A stretch of DNA of 64,000 nt from the IMG/VR virus record IMGVR_UViG_3300028591_000210, positions 879-64,878 of that record; one strand, given 5' to 3'. This DNA is from a virus. Lineage: Duplodnaviria; Caudoviricetes. Within the stretch, counting starts at the first letter, position 1. Every line of letters begins with the position of its first letter. A program made the position numbers and the translations under genes. The notes under the pieces are model-generated. The model was not told where the DNA came from. It ran no database searches and worked only from the letters and a program-made list of their open reading frames with translations. Shown here one piece after another: positions 59,792-64,000 of this stretch.

Positions 59792-60223
59792 TTATCTTCT
59801 ATTTCTAATGTTATGATTATTATTTCTATAAATATTGCCACCTTGCCTAAAGTTATCATTTCTTCTGGGATTTATGTTGTTTCTATGCCTATCAAAATAA
59901 TTCCTCCTATTATCATAACTATGATGCCTGCGGTAATCCATATTATCAAATCTATAATGAGACATATGAGCTGGATTAAAATACATATAAGGCCTTGAAT
60001 ATCTATAATAATAAACCGTATTATTTACATAGTATGGATAATAATACCAACCATTATATGAATAATAAGCGATAGTACCATTTACATAGTATGGGCTTCC
60101 ATATCTGACAACAACATCAATATCAACATCACCATCTTCATAAGCAAAAGCTGTTGATATGCATGATGTGGTTAAAGCCAACGTACTAAATAGCATAAAT
60201 AATATAAAAATAATCTTTTTCAT
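59792..60223 (-). CDS. Putative lipoprotein, Tyr-rich then Arg/Asn-rich
   Basis: Signal peptide MKKIIFILFMLFSTLALTTS-C. Confidence 0.6.
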   Translation of the reverse strand: MKKIIFILFMLFSTLALTTSCISTAFAYEDGDVDIDVVVRYGSPYYVNGTIAYYSYNGWYYYPYYVNNTVYYYRYSRPYMYFNPAHMSHYRFDNMDYRRHHSYDNRRNYFDRHRNNINPRRNDNFRQGGNIYRNNNHNIRNRR

Positions 60224-60245
60224 AATGAATTTAAGTTAAAAAAAG

Positions 60246-61151
60246 TTATTTAGCCCATTTCTTTACATTCTGAGCAAATATGGCCCTCTTTTTAGTTATA
60301 GGATTTTTTGAATGGGTTAATTCTTCAGTAGATTTGCCCGTTCTTTTTTTTGTTGCTGTAAATTTTCCTTTATTTTCAGGTTTAATATGAATGCTATTTT
60401 CAGTAACTGGGTCATTTTCATTCCTAATATCGCCGGCTTCTATGTATTCATGGCTTGCCCTGAGTTCTCTTAGTAATCCGCCCAAAAAGTTTGCAGCTCT
60501 CTTATAGCCACTTTGCAGCATTAAGCCTGCCACATTCATAGTTTTATTTTCAAAATCTTTCAAAGTTTCCAAATACAAATCAAGTTCATGCCTTGCAAAT
60601 TGTTTTTGGTCAAATACTGCCTCATTTATGTTTTTATTTGAGGTGACATTTTTTATTGCCTCATTTACCAATTCCCTTAACTCGTTTTCGGTTAATGAAT
60701 AAGTTTCTTTACCGTTTGACACAGTTACCCTATTTTCAAGCATTTTGCTTCTAAGGCGTTGTTTTAAGTTCTCTTTGATGGTAAAATCAACCAGATATAG
60801 TTTGCGCTGCATATCGCTTAAAAATGCCTCCGTGTCGCTTCTCATACCAATATAATCATCGCCTTCCTTCTTAAGTTTTGAATAGAAATCATTTGTAGAT
60901 GATATAACTTTTTCAACAAATGACTTAAGATTTTCTACATTTTCATTTCCGCCTTTTAAAATATTTAAAGGAAATTTACCTGAAATCGATTGTTCAACTT
61001 CAGCAATTTTATCTTGATAATCAGAGATTAATTCGGCTATATCATCACATAACTCATGTTGAGGCAAATTTTTTGAACTCCAATGTAGCTGCTTTATTAG
61101 ACTTTTGTATACCTCAAGCTCGTTAATAAAATCAATTATATATTTCTTCAT
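60246..61151 (-). CDS. Ferritin/Dps-like N-terminal domain plus basic C-terminal module
   Basis: LHW......HELCD......QDKIAE; internal LTENELRELVNE; C-terminal IHIKPENKGKFT. Confidence 0.55.
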   Translation of the reverse strand: MKKYIIDFINELEVYKSLIKQLHWSSKNLPQHELCDDIAELISDYQDKIAEVEQSISGKFPLNILKGGNENVENLKSFVEKVISSTNDFYSKLKKEGDDYIGMRSDTEAFLSDMQRKLYLVDFTIKENLKQRLRSKMLENRVTVSNGKETYSLTENELRELVNEAIKNVTSNKNINEAVFDQKQFARHELDLYLETLKDFENKTMNVAGLMLQSGYKRAANFLGGLLRELRASHEYIEAGDIRNENDPVTENSIHIKPENKGKFTATKKRTGKSTEELTHSKNPITKKRAIFAQNVKKWAK

Positions 61152-61165
61152 TTTTTATTTTTTTA

Positions 61166-61179
61166 TATAAATATTTATA
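61166..61179. promoter_or_regulatory. Back-to-back late-promoter-like motif TATAAATATTTATA
   Basis: Lies between the divergent genes at 61151 and 61202. Confidence 0.6.
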
Positions 61180-61201
61180 TAAAAAATAAATTGTAAATAT
61201 T

Positions 61202-62698
61202 ATGACAAAATTATTAAAAATAGGAGCAGAATATATCCCAAATTATACAGTAACGTTGCAGGATGGAAGTAAAAAACAAGAACCTTGTGTAATGTTTTAT
61301 TTTGATTCTGACGCAAAAACGGCAAATATGGTGGCTGGCTCTGGCGTAGCCAAAGGGTTGAAGGCTGCTGGTGATGCTGTTGTCAAAGCTATCAAAGTTG
61401 ACAAATATAAAGATTTTATTTATGGACAAAAAATGTTCCCTAAAATATTATCAGAATTTGAAAAATATGGGTACGTATATGATACAAATAGCCTTAATAC
61501 TTTAGAAGCCAATGTAGAGCAAGAAATTAATAACGTATTAACTGGAGACGCATCAAGTAAAATCTATGCTGATAATACATCATTTATAGATGATATTATA
61601 AAAGCAATGGAAGAAAATATGAATGACCCAAAATTTATGAGTTATGTTAATGCAGTTGGAAGTATTCAATATGTTGGTGATGATGTTTTAAGTAAAGTAA
61701 CAAAATTATCATATAAAAATACCGTTATGGTATTGTCTCAGTGGGTTAATGCCGGGAATTCAGGAGCTCCTACTTATTTGGCCACAAAAAGACAATGGTC
61801 AAAATTCTTTAATCGTGATGTAAATCCTGGCGCAACTCCATTATACATTGTTAACCCAAAAGATGTTGTGCATAGGAGTGTAAAACAAACGATGAGGGAT
61901 TATGGTGTATCACAAGCTCAATATGATGCAAACCCAATGATTAGAAAACAAATTGATACGCTTACAAACGATAAAGATTATGGAAAATACAACAATCATT
62001 CATTTGGTTTAAATGGTATTAGTCCATATTACGATTATAGCCAAACATCATTGCAAGCTGGCGCACAAAGCAATTATGATTTTGATAACATCAGCATGGG
62101 CAACGTTGACAAAGATAAAGACAAAGCAGAAGATGAGAAAAGAGGAGATATTTTGGCAGCAGCAACTGGGTCAGATTCAAGAATAAATGAAACTGATATA
62201 ATTAACAACTTAAAGGAATATGCCATAAAGAATAATAACACAGATTTGATAAATATATTAAATGGTAAAGGCAATATAATAACAAACGCAATAGAATATT
62301 TGGCAGAAAATTCAAAAACCATCCTTCGTGAAGTTGACGAAAATAAAAAGAAATTATATGAAGGCGTTCTGGTTGCATTAGTTTTAAAAAGGCTTCAAAT
62401 AAATATAGATTATTCAGATAACCTCATTATGAAAAATATGAGTAAACTTAAAACATATGGAGGCTTAAATAAACAAGCATTCTATGATGTTGGCTCTGAC
62501 TTCGAAAATATTATTTATATTGTAAATGGAATAAATGAATCAGTTAGTGATAATACATTTATGTGGATGCTTAATGCACTAGGTATATCAGTTGAAGAAT
62601 TTAAATCTATGCCAAATACCGAAGAAGAAGCAAATGAAATTAAAAACGGAATAAAAGAATCATTCATTAAAACGTTTAACAAGTTACTAAAAGGATAA
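61202..62698 (+). CDS. Protein with ArdC-N-like ssDNA-binding motif
   Basis: LSYKNTVMVLSQ...PTYLATKRQW.KFFNRDV.PGATPLYI. Confidence 0.55.
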   Translation: MTKLLKIGAEYIPNYTVTLQDGSKKQEPCVMFYFDSDAKTANMVAGSGVAKGLKAAGDAVVKAIKVDKYKDFIYGQKMFPKILSEFEKYGYVYDTNSLNTLEANVEQEINNVLTGDASSKIYADNTSFIDDIIKAMEENMNDPKFMSYVNAVGSIQYVGDDVLSKVTKLSYKNTVMVLSQWVNAGNSGAPTYLATKRQWSKFFNRDVNPGATPLYIVNPKDVVHRSVKQTMRDYGVSQAQYDANPMIRKQIDTLTNDKDYGKYNNHSFGLNGISPYYDYSQTSLQAGAQSNYDFDNISMGNVDKDKDKAEDEKRGDILAAATGSDSRINETDIINNLKEYAIKNNNTDLINILNGKGNIITNAIEYLAENSKTILREVDENKKKLYEGVLVALVLKRLQINIDYSDNLIMKNMSKLKTYGGLNKQAFYDVGSDFENIIYIVNGINESVSDNTFMWMLNALGISVEEFKSMPNTEEEANEIKNGIKESFIKTFNKLLKG

Positions 62699-62704
62699 AT
62701 AGTC

Positions 62705-63724
62705 ATGGAATTGTTTAAAAAAATAGCAAATAAATTATTAAAAGAAGAATTTGAACAAGACGGTAATTTCTATGTTTATCATGGCACACAAGATACTGCA
62801 TTAGATGGTATATCAAAACTTGGGTTTGAAAGATTTTTTACATCATCTAATGGAGGAAATATGTATGGCGCCGGATTATATTCCACATATAAATTATCTA
62901 CGCAGGGCCAAAACGCAAGAGGTGCTTACGGCCATTTAATGTTTAAGCTTAGAGTAAAAAGCCTCAGAAATTTTATTATATATGACCCAGATATAGCCAT
63001 AAAAGTATATGGAAATGCAAGTGTGGAATATCAACTGAAGAAAATATTATCTCCAGAAACATTTGAAAAATTAAAGCAACAGCATAATTATCAAAAAATT
63101 ATCAACTCAAGAGGAGACCAAATAACGAGTACATGCGCTCTCGCTTTATGCGAATATTTGAATTATTATGACCAAGAAGCCTCATATAAAATAAATGGTC
63201 TAATATTTTCCGGTAACCATGACGGATGGGTATGCTTTATAAAAGACTTTAAAAATGCATATCCAGTAGAAATAAGCAATGACTGTGGAAGAACATGGAG
63301 CAAATTTAAAGGTAAAGAAACTTTGAAAGAATTTGGAATCGATGATGTTGACCTCAAATTTCAACTTGGAAAACATAATTATAAATTAATGCAAGAATTA
63401 GACGATGTTCCATTTTATTTTATAAACGGTTTTGCAAAAGTTAAAAAAGCAAACAAATATAACTTTTTATATAGGAAAAAACCATTAGCACAAGGAGTAA
63501 TAAGCCCCGTTTGGTTTGATAACGCACCAGAAACATTTACAAAAAGAGGAACATGTACCGTTATTGTTGATGGGGAAACATATATAATAAGACTTGACCC
63601 AAAGACTAATTTATTCTATGTATATTATTCAGATGGAAGATACTTATGCAGACTTGATTTCTTTGATAAATTCTTAATGAACATTAATAATCAAGACTTG
63701 GATGATGAAGATGAAGAATTTTAA
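62705..63724 (+). CDS. PARP/ART-like domain plus WG-like repeat
   Basis: YVYHGT...GNMYGAGLYST; FINGFAKV..NKYNFL. Confidence 0.6.
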   Translation: MELFKKIANKLLKEEFEQDGNFYVYHGTQDTALDGISKLGFERFFTSSNGGNMYGAGLYSTYKLSTQGQNARGAYGHLMFKLRVKSLRNFIIYDPDIAIKVYGNASVEYQLKKILSPETFEKLKQQHNYQKIINSRGDQITSTCALALCEYLNYYDQEASYKINGLIFSGNHDGWVCFIKDFKNAYPVEISNDCGRTWSKFKGKETLKEFGIDDVDLKFQLGKHNYKLMQELDDVPFYFINGFAKVKKANKYNFLYRKKPLAQGVISPVWFDNAPETFTKRGTCTVIVDGETYIIRLDPKTNLFYVYYSDGRYLCRLDFFDKFLMNINNQDLDDEDEEF

Positions 63725-63743
63725 GCCATATATTATATATTAA

Positions 63744-64000
63744 GGCAATGATATAGAAGTTGGCACAAACGCCTAAAACTCCATCTATCTTGCTGCTTCA
63801 TAGGGTTCGTAACCTCTTCCCTCCACAGCCTTTACACCCACTTGCCAATGGGCTTTAATTCGTTATTTTCTACACTCCGACAAGGTTCTGCTTGTCGAAG
63901 GCAATATTCTTGATATTAATTGCAGCGTTAACGTCCCTATCAAGATGTTCACCACATTGAGGACATATCCATTCACGGTCTTTCAACTGCAACTCTTGAT
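63744..64000 (-). mobile_element. Third tnpB cassette (partial), near-identical to copy 1
   Basis: 3 differences in 257 nt versus 43173-43429, covering TIR, guide, scaffold and tnpB 3' end. Confidence 0.9.
63870..64000 (-). CDS. tnpB: TnpB, C-terminal part (cut by window edge)
   Basis: [42 protein letters not shown]. Confidence 0.9.
   Translation of the reverse strand, partial: QELQLKDREWICPQCGEHLDRDVNAAINIKNIAFDKQNLVGV

Noticed and set aside
1842-63357. Many short opposite-strand or alternate-frame ORFs in the track (e.g. 3310, 13047, 23952, 41197, 43852)
   Set aside because: They are shadows of long, motif-supported genes and have low-complexity translations.
1-64000. TAG-to-Gln recoding as in Lak megaphages
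   Set aside because: Core genes of 600-1050 aa are uninterrupted in code 11. TAG ends plausible genes (both tnpB, 58537), and no conserved gene appears split by TAG.
1-64000. CRISPR array
   Set aside because: No regularly spaced direct repeats with unique spacers were seen; the 78-bp repeats are in-frame LRR coding units.

Overview
This is a 64-kb, AT-rich segment of a T4-like jumbo myophage, read in the standard genetic code. The host is probably Bacteroidota, judged from TAnnTTTG promoters and A-rich leaders with no obvious Shine-Dalgarno. The core head module is present: intein-containing large terminase, portal, prohead protease, scaffold and major capsid protein. The window also holds a tail tube gene, two long fibre-like genes, a candidate lysis cluster, ClpP and a ClpC-like ATPase, a DNA methyltransferase, a DNA ligase, thyX split by a group I intron, and seven free-standing zinc-repeat endonuclease genes. 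Main observations: (1) A family of ~1.4-1.5 kb transposase-less cassettes is bounded by related 21-28 bp terminal inverted repeats (IS1595-like, one with a perfect 8-bp target duplication). Three copies carry intact TnpB plus omega-RNA, with the guide INSIDE the element and identical at two loci; one copy carries an LRR gene. (2) A circularly permuted tRNA-like ncRNA, resembling a Y RNA, lies at 83-220. (3) Many proteins share an N-terminal 'LTESDLHNIIKES'-type leader, a candidate capsid-targeting signal. Several of them carry ADP-ribosyltransferase-like domains, and one looks like a protease-cleavable polyprotein. (4) A late-promoter-like motif equals the reverse complement of the T4 late promoter. 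All family assignments come from motif recognition by eye; no searches were run.
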